DNA of 64,000 nt from a candidate division FCPU426 bacterium (lineage in GTDB: Bacteria > Oederibacteriota > Muellerivitia > Muellerivitales > Muellerivitaceae). The position numbers were made by a program, and so were the translations under genes. Where the stretch lies: assembly GCA_963830915.1 (NCBI GenBank), contig CAWHOE010000051.1:64001-128000 (forward strand), in the 5' to 3' direction. Shown here one piece after another: positions 18,804 through 29,327 of this stretch. How positions within the stretch are numbered: position 1 is the first letter of the stretch; each line of letters opens with the position of its first letter. The notes beneath the pieces were generated by a model. The model was not told where the DNA came from, did no database searches, and saw only the letters and a program-made list of their open reading frames with translations.

Positions 18804-19886
18804 ATGATCTCGACCTCGATATTGATCAACAAATTATTGGAACAATGTCAACAACAGAGACCAAATCGTTACCATTTGGAAGCTTGTTGTATTGAGATAC
18901 TTGAAAACTTTCAATTTGATTGTGTTTTTGTAGCTTATGCTGCCAACGCTGAGGATGAACTTAAAGTTATGGCCTTTAATGGTAGAGAAGAAATTGTTGA
19001 TACCAGTTTATACCGATTGGGAATGGAAGAAAGAACAGCTTTAGCAAGGTCCAACCAAAATACTTACTCTGATATGACAGGGAAACCTGTTTTCAACAAA
19101 TCTGGCTCTCTCAGGATTCAAAAACCCAATAGCGGTATTTTCATGGTTTTGAACCATCCTAAAACCGATTACATTTTATGGGGTTGCGCTCATTTAGAAC
19201 CTCGGCCTTATGATGATGAGTTAAAAGCAGAGTTAAAAAAAATATGGGAGGAATGGAAGGAACCGCTTTGTGAAGCAATCCATAAAGTCATAACCCCGCC
19301 GAAAGAGGATTTACCTGCAACCCCATCAGATTCTTTACAAAAACCAATGGAGGGAAAGGACAATTCGAAAACTTCAGAATCCATCTCCATCCTGGTTGGC
19401 ACAATTAAAAGGCCTACATTGCTCGTCGATGAAGTAACACGACTATTCAATAAGGATTACTTTGAAGAGTGTTTAGCCATTGAAGTGGAAAGAGCCAAGC
19501 GTTATTCAAGGCAGTTGAGCTTGATATTTTTAAGTGTGACGCCCCTACATCCTGAGGACTCACGACTTGATGACCAGATTGCCGGCCAAATTGCTGAAAT
19601 ACTCTCGAAAAGTTTAAGACGGGTAGACGTACTCTGTCGTTTAGAAAAAGACAAATATGCCATCATTCTTCCTGATACGGCGACCAATACTTACGGAATC
19701 ATCGCTAAACGAATTTTCAAATACTTTAAACAAGTGATGGGTGATGCACCTCCTGTAACCTTGAATATCAGTGCATCTACCTATCCACAACACGCAGATA
19801 ATCATATTTCCTTGTTCAAAAACGCTGAAAAATTATTGACTCAAGCAAAAGAAGTCGGCCCTAACAAGGCTGTCTTGCCGGAATGA
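18804..19886 (+). CDS. Degenerate GGDEF-domain protein (GGDEF replaced by EKDKY; RxxD I-site intact)
   Basis: DEVTRLFNKDYF...EVERAKRYSRQLSLI...LRRVDVLCRLEKDKYAIILPDT; unassigned (GAF-like?) N-terminus. Confidence 0.8.
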   Translation: MISTSILINKLLEQCQQQRPNRYHLEACCIEILENFQFDCVFVAYAANAEDELKVMAFNGREEIVDTSLYRLGMEERTALARSNQNTYSDMTGKPVFNKSGSLRIQKPNSGIFMVLNHPKTDYILWGCAHLEPRPYDDELKAELKKIWEEWKEPLCEAIHKVITPPKEDLPATPSDSLQKPMEGKDNSKTSESISILVGTIKRPTLLVDEVTRLFNKDYFEECLAIEVERAKRYSRQLSLIFLSVTPLHPEDSRLDDQIAGQIAEILSKSLRRVDVLCRLEKDKYAIILPDTATNTYGIIAKRIFKYFKQVMGDAPPVTLNISASTYPQHADNHISLFKNAEKLLTQAKEVGPNKAVLPE

Positions 19887-19912
19887 TTATTCAATGGAAC
19901 GATTTCTAATCC

Positions 19913-21046
19913 ATGTTTAAAACCGGTGATACTTTGAATGAGCGTATGTCACTTTTAGCCCTTCATTTAAGCGGTGTTGTCGGTCCCAGAAGATTGAAAT
20001 CGGTTAGGAGCACATTTCCAATACTGGGAGCTGTCTTTGGAACCACGGAAGATCTTCTCTCAAACCTAGAGGACTGGAACCCATCTTCAGCACGAAAAGT
20101 ATTATCCCTAACCGATCCACTTGGCAGGGTCCAAGAAGAATTGGAAAAAGCCCAAAGCCAAGGCATCCGAGTTCTGGTGGATGGGGATGTGGACTTCCCG
20201 GATGTATTCAAGGACCTTTATGATCCGCCTTTTGTACTTTGGTGTCAGGGAACATTATTGCCTTCTGACAGAAACTCGATTGCGGTGATTGGTTGTCGCA
20301 AGCCCAGCAGTTATGGAAGGTCAGCTGCCCTGAAAATATCCGAAAACGTTGTCCGGGCTGGTTATACGGTTGTATCGGGGCTGGCTAGAGGTATTGATTC
20401 TTTAGCTCATATCGGGGCTTTGAAATATCCCGGTGGCAGAACGATTGCTTTTTTAGGAAGTGGTCTTTCTCACATTTACCCACCGGAAAATAGGAAATTA
20501 GCCCAAGAAATAGTTGATAGGGGTTGCCTTGTGAGTGAGTATCCCCTTTACTCAAAGCCGCTTTCTATGCATTTCCCTCAACGGAATAGGCTTATCAGTG
20601 GAGCTTCAAAAGGAGTACTGGTCGTGGAGGCTAAAAAAGATAGTGGTTCATTTATTACCGTTGACCATGCGCTTGAACAAGGGCGCCCTGTGTTTGCCAT
20701 TCCTGGCCCTATTACCCATGAACAATCGGAAGGTACTCACGCACTCATTCAACAGGGAGCGAAATTAGTAACGAATGTTGAGGATATATTTCATGAATTG
20801 CAAGATCTTAGGGCCGAGACACTTTACAAATCCAGGCCTTTAACGGAAACGCAAATGGCAACTGAATTGGAACTAACTACTGAAGAAAAAGGCCTATTAG
20901 ATAAACTTACTTTTACACCCGCCCATGTGGATGCAATCGTAAGAGAAACTCAGATCCCATCTCGACGTTTAAACGAGATACTGCTAACGCTTGAGATAAA
21001 AGGTAAGGTTCAGCAAACTCCGGGTCATTGTTATTTCAAAATCTGA
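19913..21046 (+). CDS. dprA: DNA-processing protein DprA
   Basis: DPPFVL, IAVIGCR, VVSGLARGID, FPQRNRLISG, VVEA, C-terminal winged helix. Confidence 0.95.
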   Translation: MFKTGDTLNERMSLLALHLSGVVGPRRLKSVRSTFPILGAVFGTTEDLLSNLEDWNPSSARKVLSLTDPLGRVQEELEKAQSQGIRVLVDGDVDFPDVFKDLYDPPFVLWCQGTLLPSDRNSIAVIGCRKPSSYGRSAALKISENVVRAGYTVVSGLARGIDSLAHIGALKYPGGRTIAFLGSGLSHIYPPENRKLAQEIVDRGCLVSEYPLYSKPLSMHFPQRNRLISGASKGVLVVEAKKDSGSFITVDHALEQGRPVFAIPGPITHEQSEGTHALIQQGAKLVTNVEDIFHELQDLRAETLYKSRPLTETQMATELELTTEEKGLLDKLTFTPAHVDAIVRETQIPSRRLNEILLTLEIKGKVQQTPGHCYFKI

Positions 21047-21182
21047 CCCGCATGGAGAACTCGGCCGTTTGTTGGCTTATCTATATGAGTTTCTGGACAT
21101 TGAGAACGACTAAGATGTTTAAAAAAGTATTTGGTTTTGCTTCTATTTGAACCCGATCAGAACCCACTCCTTTGTGGAAAAC

Positions 21183-21211
21183 TTGACAAACTTTGCAGGC
21201 CTGCCTATTCT
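21183..21211 (+). promoter_or_regulatory. Putative sigma70 promoter for topA
   Basis: TTGACA-17 bp-TATTCT. Confidence 0.5.
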
Positions 21212-21274
21212 TGCCCAATTGCTGATAAAGCTTTTATGATTTGTATTCCCATTAACGTGTGAACGGAGAAGGAA

Positions 21275-23635
21275 GTGGCAAAAGCCAAGACGAAGAAAGC
21301 GGAAGCTAAAAAACTCGTCATCGTGGAGTCTCCTTCGAAAGCAAAAACTATCAATAAATATCTTGGCTCCGACTATGTGGTCCTTGCTTCCAAAGGACAT
21401 TTGATCGATCTTCCGAAAAGTAAGCTGGGCGTTGACCTAACCAATAACTTTGAACCCCAATACATACCTATCCGTGGTAAAGCATCCATCATCAAGGAGC
21501 TTAAAAAAGCCGCCCAAAAATCACAGGCAGTCTATTTAGCGGCAGACCCGGACCGTGAAGGGGAAGCAATCGGTTGGCATATCCGTAATTTTCTATCGGC
21601 CATGCCCAAGGTCCCTGTTATCTATCGTTTAAGGCTTAACGAGATCACAAAAATGGCGATTGAGGAGGCCATTTTATCCCCTAGTGAAGTGGACATTAAT
21701 ATGGTCAATGCCCAACAAGCCCGGAGGGTTCTCGATCGACTGGTTGGGTATGGAATTAGCCCGTTACTTTGGAAAAACATACGACGCGGATTGTCGGCAG
21801 GTCGCGTCCAATCGGTGGCCTTGCGTTTGATTTATGAACGTGAAAAAGAGATTGAGGCATTCAAGCCGGTTGAATATTGGACATTGGAGTTAGATTTCCT
21901 CACCGAGGATGGAAGAATAATCAGAACTAGGCTCGCAAAGATCGATGGAGAGAAGCCTGATCTTAAGACCCAGACAGAAACCCAGGCATTGATTGAAAGG
22001 CTCATGGGAGCTGTTTTCATGGTTTCGGCTGTTCTTCATAGGGAAAAGTCCAAGAAGCCTCCAATGCCTTTTACTACCTCAAAACTACAACAGGAAGCTT
22101 ATAAGCAATTGAGGTTTGGCGCTCGAAAGACGATGTCCATCGCTCAAGGATTGTATGAAGGTATTGAGATAGGAGAATCCGCCCCTGTCGGGTTGATCAC
22201 CTATATGCGTACTGACTCTAAAAGAATTTCCCCTGATGCAAAAGCCGAGGCGGGCAAGTTTATTTCCCATACCTATGGTGAAAAATACTTATCCCCAGGG
22301 GATAGAGATACTTCCAGCAAGCAAAAAATCCAGGACGCCCACGAAGCGATCAGGCCTACCTCGGTGTTTCGCTCGCCCGATCAGGTCAAGCAATACCTGA
22401 CCCCTGAACAATTCAAGCTTTACAAATTGATTTGGGAAGACTTCTTAGCCAGTCAAATGGCCGCGGCTCTATACCGTGAAACAAGCGTTGAAATCACTGG
22501 TAACAACGTGGTTTTTCGGGCCACTGGTACTGAAACGCTTTTTGAAGGATTTACAAAGGTATATGAGGAAGCGGCGGATGAGGATAAGAAGGAGGGACCT
22601 GCGGAAGGCGTTGAGGCAACTCAAGAAGTGAATCCCAACAAGCTTTCTGGCATTGAGGAAGGCCAAAAAATGACGTGGAAAGAGCCTGTGCCTGAACAAC
22701 ACTTTACACAGCCACCACCTCGATTTACTGACGCATCCATGATCAAAACATTGGAAGAAATGGGTATCGGGCGTCCCTCTACCTATGCGCCAACATTAGA
22801 GACTATTCAAACCAGGCATTATGTTAAGAAGGAAAATGGACGTTTTTTTCTTGCTGAACTTGGCAATCTGGTACTTGAAATCCTTATGAAGAACTTTCCG
22901 GTCATTTTAGATTATGCTTTCACAGCAAAAATGGAAGGGGAATTAGATCGGGTTGAATCGGGAGAACAGGAATGGCATACCGTCATCGCCGAATTCTATG
23001 CACCTTTCAAGGATAGTTTGGCCGAAGCAGAAAAATTGATTGGTGAGGAAAAGGCCAAAATTGAGCAAATCAGTGATATCCCCTGCGAGAAATGTGGGCA
23101 GATGATGATCGTCAAATGGGGAAGGCATGGAAAATTCCTGGCTTGTTCAAAATATCCTGAATGCCAGAGTACGAAGAGCTTGAAAGAAACTTCAGACGGA
23201 TCTATCCAGGTCGATACAGATACCGTGACCGATGAAAAATGTCCGAAATGTGGTAACGCGATGATTGTTAAGATGGGAAGGTTTGGAAAGTTCCTTGCTT
23301 GTTCTAAATATCCGGAATGTAAAACAGCCAAACCTATTTCTCTCAAAATCCCTTGCCCTCTTGGGTGTGGCGGAGAAGTGGTTTCTAGAAGAGCGATGAG
23401 GGGGACCGTATTCTATGGTTGTAACCGTTACCCAGACTGTCAATTCCGTTCATGGAATAAACCTGTCAATAGGGCTTGTCCCCAATGCAACAATCCGTTC
23501 TTGGTTGAAAAATACACCAAGACCTTAGGGCCACATATATCGTGCCCAAATAAGGAATGTGATTATAAAGAATTCCCCAAGTCGGATGAGGCGCCCCCCA
23601 AACCAGCTGAACCGGCGCCCACACCTTCGATCTGA
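21275..23635 (+). CDS. topA: DNA topoisomerase I
   Basis: LVIVESPSKAK, DPDREGE, SAGRVQS, LITYMRTDS, C-terminal zinc ribbons. Confidence 0.97.
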   Translation: MAKAKTKKAEAKKLVIVESPSKAKTINKYLGSDYVVLASKGHLIDLPKSKLGVDLTNNFEPQYIPIRGKASIIKELKKAAQKSQAVYLAADPDREGEAIGWHIRNFLSAMPKVPVIYRLRLNEITKMAIEEAILSPSEVDINMVNAQQARRVLDRLVGYGISPLLWKNIRRGLSAGRVQSVALRLIYEREKEIEAFKPVEYWTLELDFLTEDGRIIRTRLAKIDGEKPDLKTQTETQALIERLMGAVFMVSAVLHREKSKKPPMPFTTSKLQQEAYKQLRFGARKTMSIAQGLYEGIEIGESAPVGLITYMRTDSKRISPDAKAEAGKFISHTYGEKYLSPGDRDTSSKQKIQDAHEAIRPTSVFRSPDQVKQYLTPEQFKLYKLIWEDFLASQMAAALYRETSVEITGNNVVFRATGTETLFEGFTKVYEEAADEDKKEGPAEGVEATQEVNPNKLSGIEEGQKMTWKEPVPEQHFTQPPPRFTDASMIKTLEEMGIGRPSTYAPTLETIQTRHYVKKENGRFFLAELGNLVLEILMKNFPVILDYAFTAKMEGELDRVESGEQEWHTVIAEFYAPFKDSLAEAEKLIGEEKAKIEQISDIPCEKCGQMMIVKWGRHGKFLACSKYPECQSTKSLKETSDGSIQVDTDTVTDEKCPKCGNAMIVKMGRFGKFLACSKYPECKTAKPISLKIPCPLGCGGEVVSRRAMRGTVFYGCNRYPDCQFRSWNKPVNRACPQCNNPFLVEKYTKTLGPHISCPNKECDYKEFPKSDEAPPKPAEPAPTPSI

Positions 23636-23647
23636 TAAAGGACTGTC

Positions 23648-24511
23648 ATGAAAGATTCGATCGAAAAAGCCAGAATCTTGATAGAGGCCTTTCCTTACAT
23701 CCGCCAATGGTTCGGGGCCACTGTCGTGGTCAAATATGGAGGTAGTACCAGATCCGGGTCAGAAGAATTGAAAACGACCCTTCAGGACATCGTGTTAATG
23801 AAGTTTGTCGGTATGCGTCCGGTAGTGGTTCATGGTGGTGGGAAAGATATCACTCGTTTGACTGAAAAATTAGGGATTCATTCTCAATTCGTTGATGGCC
23901 TAAGGGTCACCGATCTACCCACGATGGAAGTGGTGGAAATGGTTCTCGGTGGGAAGATTAACAAAGAACTAGTTGCTGCTATCCAACAATTAGGCGGTCA
24001 GGCTGTGGGCTTATCGGGGAAAGATGGCGGAATGTTAGAAGCTTCTCGAGTCAAATCAAAATCAGGAAAAGATATTGGGTTTGTTGGTAAGGTTTCCAAA
24101 GTGAATACAGCCATATTAGAGATTTTAGATAAAGAGCAATTCATTCCGGTCATCGCGCCCTTGGGTCTTGGTAAAGATGGGAAAACTTATAATGTTAACG
24201 CTGATGAAGCCGCAGGGGCCATTGCGGTTGCTTTAAAAGCTGAAAAACTTGTGTTCTTGACAAATGTTCCAGGGATCTGCAAAAAGAAAGAAGATCCAAA
24301 AAGTCTAATGTCTTCAGTGAAATCGTCGGAAGTGCCTCGGCTGATCAACAAAAAGATCATTTCGGGTGGAATGATCCCGAAAGTTGAGGCTTGTCTTTAT
24401 GCCTTGAAATCAGGAGTCAAAAAGACCCATATTATCGATGGGACTGAAGCCCACGCCTTATTGTTAGAGATTTTCACACCGGAAGGTGTTGGGACACAGA
24501 TTATTCCCTAA
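23648..24511 (+). CDS. argB: Acetylglutamate kinase
   Basis: VVKYGGS, VHGGG, GLRVTD, NVNAD, GGMIPKV, LLEIFT. Confidence 0.95.
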   Translation: MKDSIEKARILIEAFPYIRQWFGATVVVKYGGSTRSGSEELKTTLQDIVLMKFVGMRPVVVHGGGKDITRLTEKLGIHSQFVDGLRVTDLPTMEVVEMVLGGKINKELVAAIQQLGGQAVGLSGKDGGMLEASRVKSKSGKDIGFVGKVSKVNTAILEILDKEQFIPVIAPLGLGKDGKTYNVNADEAAGAIAVALKAEKLVFLTNVPGICKKKEDPKSLMSSVKSSEVPRLINKKIISGGMIPKVEACLYALKSGVKKTHIIDGTEAHALLLEIFTPEGVGTQIIP

Positions 24512-24593
24512 TATTCTCCCATTTTGATAAAAGATATCCTTCGAATCCCCTTAATCAACCACTTGATAGTTCTCTCTTGATTCCCGCAACCTA

Positions 24594-24602
24594 TGGTATA
24601 AT
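24594..24602 (+). promoter_or_regulatory. Putative extended -10 promoter for nrdR
   Basis: TGGTATAAT 60 bp upstream of nrdR. Confidence 0.4.
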
Positions 24603-24661
24603 CCGGCGGTTAAGTTTTTTAGATGTAGTGGTTCTGGCATCCCTCTCTTTAGGAGAAGGTT

Positions 24662-25120
24662 ATGAAGTGCCCCTTTTGTGGTCATCAAGAAGATAAAGTT
24701 ATGGATTCTCGCCCAAGCAAGGGCGGATCGGCTATTCGTAGAAGACGCGAGTGTTTAAAGTGCGAAAAGCGTTTTACGACATACGAACAGATTGAAGAGA
24801 TCCTTCCCATGGTCGTGAAGCGTGACGGCCGCCGGGAGCCCTTTGATCGTTTAAAGATCGTGGCTGGCATCCGTAAAGCTGTTGAGAAACGACCAGTTTC
24901 TTCTGAACGTATAGAAGCCTTGGTTGACGACATCGAAAATAACTTAATGGAACGAGCTGCTAAAGAGATCAACTCAACAGAGATCGGGGAAATGGTCATA
25001 CGACGTTTACAAGATCTCGATGACGTGGCTTATGTACGCTTCGCAAGCGTTTATCGTCAATTCAAGGACATCAATGCCTTTATGGACGAAGTGAAAAGGC
25101 TATTGGCTAGAAAAAGTTAA
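24662..25120 (+). CDS. nrdR: Transcriptional repressor NrdR
   Basis: MKCPFC...[19 protein letters not shown] cone, [11 protein letters not shown]. Confidence 0.97.
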   Translation: MKCPFCGHQEDKVMDSRPSKGGSAIRRRRECLKCEKRFTTYEQIEEILPMVVKRDGRREPFDRLKIVAGIRKAVEKRPVSSERIEALVDDIENNLMERAAKEINSTEIGEMVIRRLQDLDDVAYVRFASVYRQFKDINAFMDEVKRLLARKS

Positions 25121-25180
25121 ATTCCAGCAGTCTAGAAAAATTCAACCATAAATTATAGTTATAGGAAAGGTCGGAGAATT

Positions 25181-26491
25181 ATGGCAAAAATTATCCCTTT
25201 TCGAGGCGTTCGCTTTGACACGACCGATCCTATTTTTCTTCGCAGGGTTATGGCACCTCCGTACGATGTAATCGATTCTAAACAAAAAAAAAGCCTTCTT
25301 TCTTCCAACCTTCATAATGTAATCCGCTTGATTATTGGTAATCCAAGCCATGAAGACCACTTTTCAGGAGATTATCAAAAAGCGAAAAATACTTTTGCTG
25401 CTTGGATAAAAGACTCGACTTTGAAACGCGAGGACAAACCGGCTATTTATATCTACCGTCAGAGTTTTGAAATACATGAAAAGACATACCATCGAACTGG
25501 ATTCATCGCATTATCTCAACTAATTCCTTTTGGTAACAAAAGAGGCGGGATTTTAGCCCACGAACATACATTGAACGGGCCAAAGGCTGATAGATTAAGG
25601 CTTATGAAAGCCTGCAATACGAATTTTAGTTCAATATTTTCACTGTATCCTGATACTCGTGGGGTATCGGGACTATTAAGAAAAGCGTCTTCTGCCAGGG
25701 CTACTTATAGTTTTGAGTATCCACTAGGTATTAAGAATCAGATTTGGATTATTACAGATCCTATCTGGATGGTGCAATTGCAAAAGAAGATGGAGAGCGC
25801 GACTCTGTTTATAGCAGATGGACATCATCGTTATGAAACGGCATTGAATTACCAGGCTTTCCTTTCTCATGGTTCGAAAGGGAAAATCGGCACTCGCCCT
25901 TTTGATTATGTCATGATGATGTTTGTGGCCATGGAAGATCCCGGGCTGGTCATTTTGCCTACTCACAGAATGATGCCGTCTAAAATTATCTCATCACCTG
26001 CTCTATTGTTGAGTCGTCTTTCATCGCTTGGGGAGCTCCATGTTTATCCTATGAAGATAAAAGGTTTGGCGCCTTGGAAATGGTTGCAAAAGATAGGCGC
26101 GAAGAGGCCCGCGATTGGACTTTCTTTCGATGGGAAAAAGCTTTATGCACTTCAATTTTCCAAGGAAGTTATCAAGTCCGAACTTTTAAAGGATGTGTCG
26201 AACGCACAAAAAAAGCTGGACGTCACCTTATTGCATCGACTAATTCTTGAACCGTTTTTTGGAATTACCAAAGAGAAAGTCGAACATGTCCTTTCTTTCA
26301 CAAGTCAGTCAGAAATTGCAGTTCAGAAACTCAAGAAAAATGAGTTTGGAGCTGTTTTCTTCTTGAATCCGACCAGAATCGAACAATTAAAAGAAATTGC
26401 TTTAAATAAAGAAAGAATGCCTCAGAAATCAACCTATTTTTTTCCAAAGCTTGTCACCGGAGTTGTATTTAATCGTTTGGACTCTTTTTAG
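25181..26491 (+). CDS. DUF1015 family protein
   Basis: PFRG, APPYDVI, HEHT, IADGHHRYETA, MPQKSTYFFPK. Confidence 0.9.
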   Translation: MAKIIPFRGVRFDTTDPIFLRRVMAPPYDVIDSKQKKSLLSSNLHNVIRLIIGNPSHEDHFSGDYQKAKNTFAAWIKDSTLKREDKPAIYIYRQSFEIHEKTYHRTGFIALSQLIPFGNKRGGILAHEHTLNGPKADRLRLMKACNTNFSSIFSLYPDTRGVSGLLRKASSARATYSFEYPLGIKNQIWIITDPIWMVQLQKKMESATLFIADGHHRYETALNYQAFLSHGSKGKIGTRPFDYVMMMFVAMEDPGLVILPTHRMMPSKIISSPALLLSRLSSLGELHVYPMKIKGLAPWKWLQKIGAKRPAIGLSFDGKKLYALQFSKEVIKSELLKDVSNAQKKLDVTLLHRLILEPFFGITKEKVEHVLSFTSQSEIAVQKLKKNEFGAVFFLNPTRIEQLKEIALNKERMPQKSTYFFPKLVTGVVFNRLDSF

Positions 26492-26641
26492 GCTTAAAAA
26501 TAAGGAACAAACGAAGCTCTTTGGTTCTGTTAAGTATTTTATTAACTCTTCTTAAAAACCATTTATAAATGAAAAGCTTGCGACACTAAGTAGGGCAAAG
26601 TAAAATCACCTTTCATTTGCCATTGCTGCTGAACCATATGA

Positions 26642-27937
<1,296 letters not shown>

Positions 27938-27947
27938 AGGTTAGACT

Positions 27948-27986
27948 AAAAGGGCGTAACCGAAAGGTTACGCCCTTTTTTATTTT
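27948..27986 (+). terminator. Rho-independent terminator after eno
   Basis: AAAAGGGCGTAACC-GAAA-GGTTACGCCCTTTT followed by a T-rich tail. Confidence 0.85.
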
Positions 27987-27996
27987 GGGGGAGCCA

Positions 27997-28917
27997 TTGC
28001 AGCCAGTCATTTCCAACCAACCTTGCATCCATGATAACGTCACTCAACTTGTCGGCCGGACACCAATGGTCCAAGTTCGGTGCCATGGTGTTCCAAACGT
28101 CAAGGTATATGCCAAGCTTGAGTCCTTTAATCCGGGCGGGTCGGTAAAGGATCGTCCCGCATTACGTATGGTGGAAGAAGGAATTAAGTCTGGGCAATTA
28201 ACAAAAAGCAAAGCCATCTTGGACGCTACTTCTGGCAATACCGGTATCGCTTATGCCATGATCGGCGCCACTTTGGGATACAGGGTGGTATTGGCCATGC
28301 CAGCCAATGTTAGCGATGAGCGTAAACGAATACTGAGGTCCTTCGACGCGGAAGTCAACTATTCCAGCCCCATGGAAGGATCAGATGGCGCCATCCGACT
28401 CGCCCGTGAGATTTACCGGATGGGTCCCTCCAGATATTTCGTTCCGGATCAATACAACAACCCCGAGAATCCAAATTCACATTATCTTTCCACCGCTGAG
28501 GAGATCATGGAGTTGGTAGGCGATGAAATCACTCATTTCGCCGCCGGCATCGGTACCAGTGGAACCTTAATGGGTACAGGCAAGAGGATACGGGAGATCA
28601 AACCTTCTGTTAGTTTGGTGGCGTTAGAGCCTGCCGAACCCTTCCATGGGTTGGAAGGTTGGAAACATATGGCATCTTCCATTGTTCCTGGGATATACAA
28701 TGCATCCCTTTATCAGGAAAAAATGCCAATCGATACGGATCTGGCTTATGAAATGGTCAAGAAATTGGCTCGTGAGGAGGGTCTTTTGGTCGGACTTTCT
28801 TGCGGAGGCGCAATGGCGGGTTGCGCAATCTTAGCCGAACGGATTCAACGCGGTTGTATCGTAACTATTTTCCCGGATTCGGGGGATAAATACCTGACGA
28901 CAAGGGTGTGGGAATAA
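27997..28917 (+). CDS. cysM: PLP-dependent cysteine synthase (CysM/CysK family)
   Basis: KLESFNPGGSVKDR, ATSGNTG, GIGTSGT, PDSGDKYL. Likely TTG start at 27997 after GGGGAG (track start 27985). Confidence 0.88.
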   Translation: MQPVISNQPCIHDNVTQLVGRTPMVQVRCHGVPNVKVYAKLESFNPGGSVKDRPALRMVEEGIKSGQLTKSKAILDATSGNTGIAYAMIGATLGYRVVLAMPANVSDERKRILRSFDAEVNYSSPMEGSDGAIRLAREIYRMGPSRYFVPDQYNNPENPNSHYLSTAEEIMELVGDEITHFAAGIGTSGTLMGTGKRIREIKPSVSLVALEPAEPFHGLEGWKHMASSIVPGIYNASLYQEKMPIDTDLAYEMVKKLAREEGLLVGLSCGGAMAGCAILAERIQRGCIVTIFPDSGDKYLTTRVWE

Positions 28918-29327
28918 TGATCTCTTTTCTTAACGAGACTGTAAAAAAATCTATGATTGATATCGGAGAAAAGGGTTATCCCTATGAGATATGCGGGTTG
29001 ATGTTCGGAAAATCAAGGGATATTCGGGTTATTACAGAAGTCTATGAATGCGGAAATCGTAATAAATTAAAACCTGAGACCAGGTATGACATGGATCCGA
29101 AGGATTACATGAAAGGTGAAGAGTTGGCCAGACAAAAAGGGCTGGAAGTTCTGGGCGTTTTTCATTCGCATCCAGACCATCCGGATCAAGCGTCGGAAAC
29201 GGATCGCGAAGCGGCTTGGCCTGGCTTTTCCTATATCATCATGTCCATCCAAAAAGGTAAATTCCGCACCATGAAATCTTGGGTGTTGGATGAGCAGTCC
29301 CAATTCCAGAACGAACCCATCCAATAA
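28917..29327 (+). CDS. mec: JAMM/MPN+ (M67) metallopeptidase, Mec-like
   Basis: YPYEICGL and HSHPDHPDQASETD (HxH-x7-S-x2-D); start overlaps the cysM stop. Confidence 0.85.
   Translation: MISFLNETVKKSMIDIGEKGYPYEICGLMFGKSRDIRVITEVYECGNRNKLKPETRYDMDPKDYMKGEELARQKGLEVLGVFHSHPDHPDQASETDREAAWPGFSYIIMSIQKGKFRTMKSWVLDEQSQFQNEPIQ

Noticed and set aside
24610..24635. NrdR box upstream of nrdR (AGATGTAGTGG)
   Set aside because: Only a half-site match, with no convincing tandem box.
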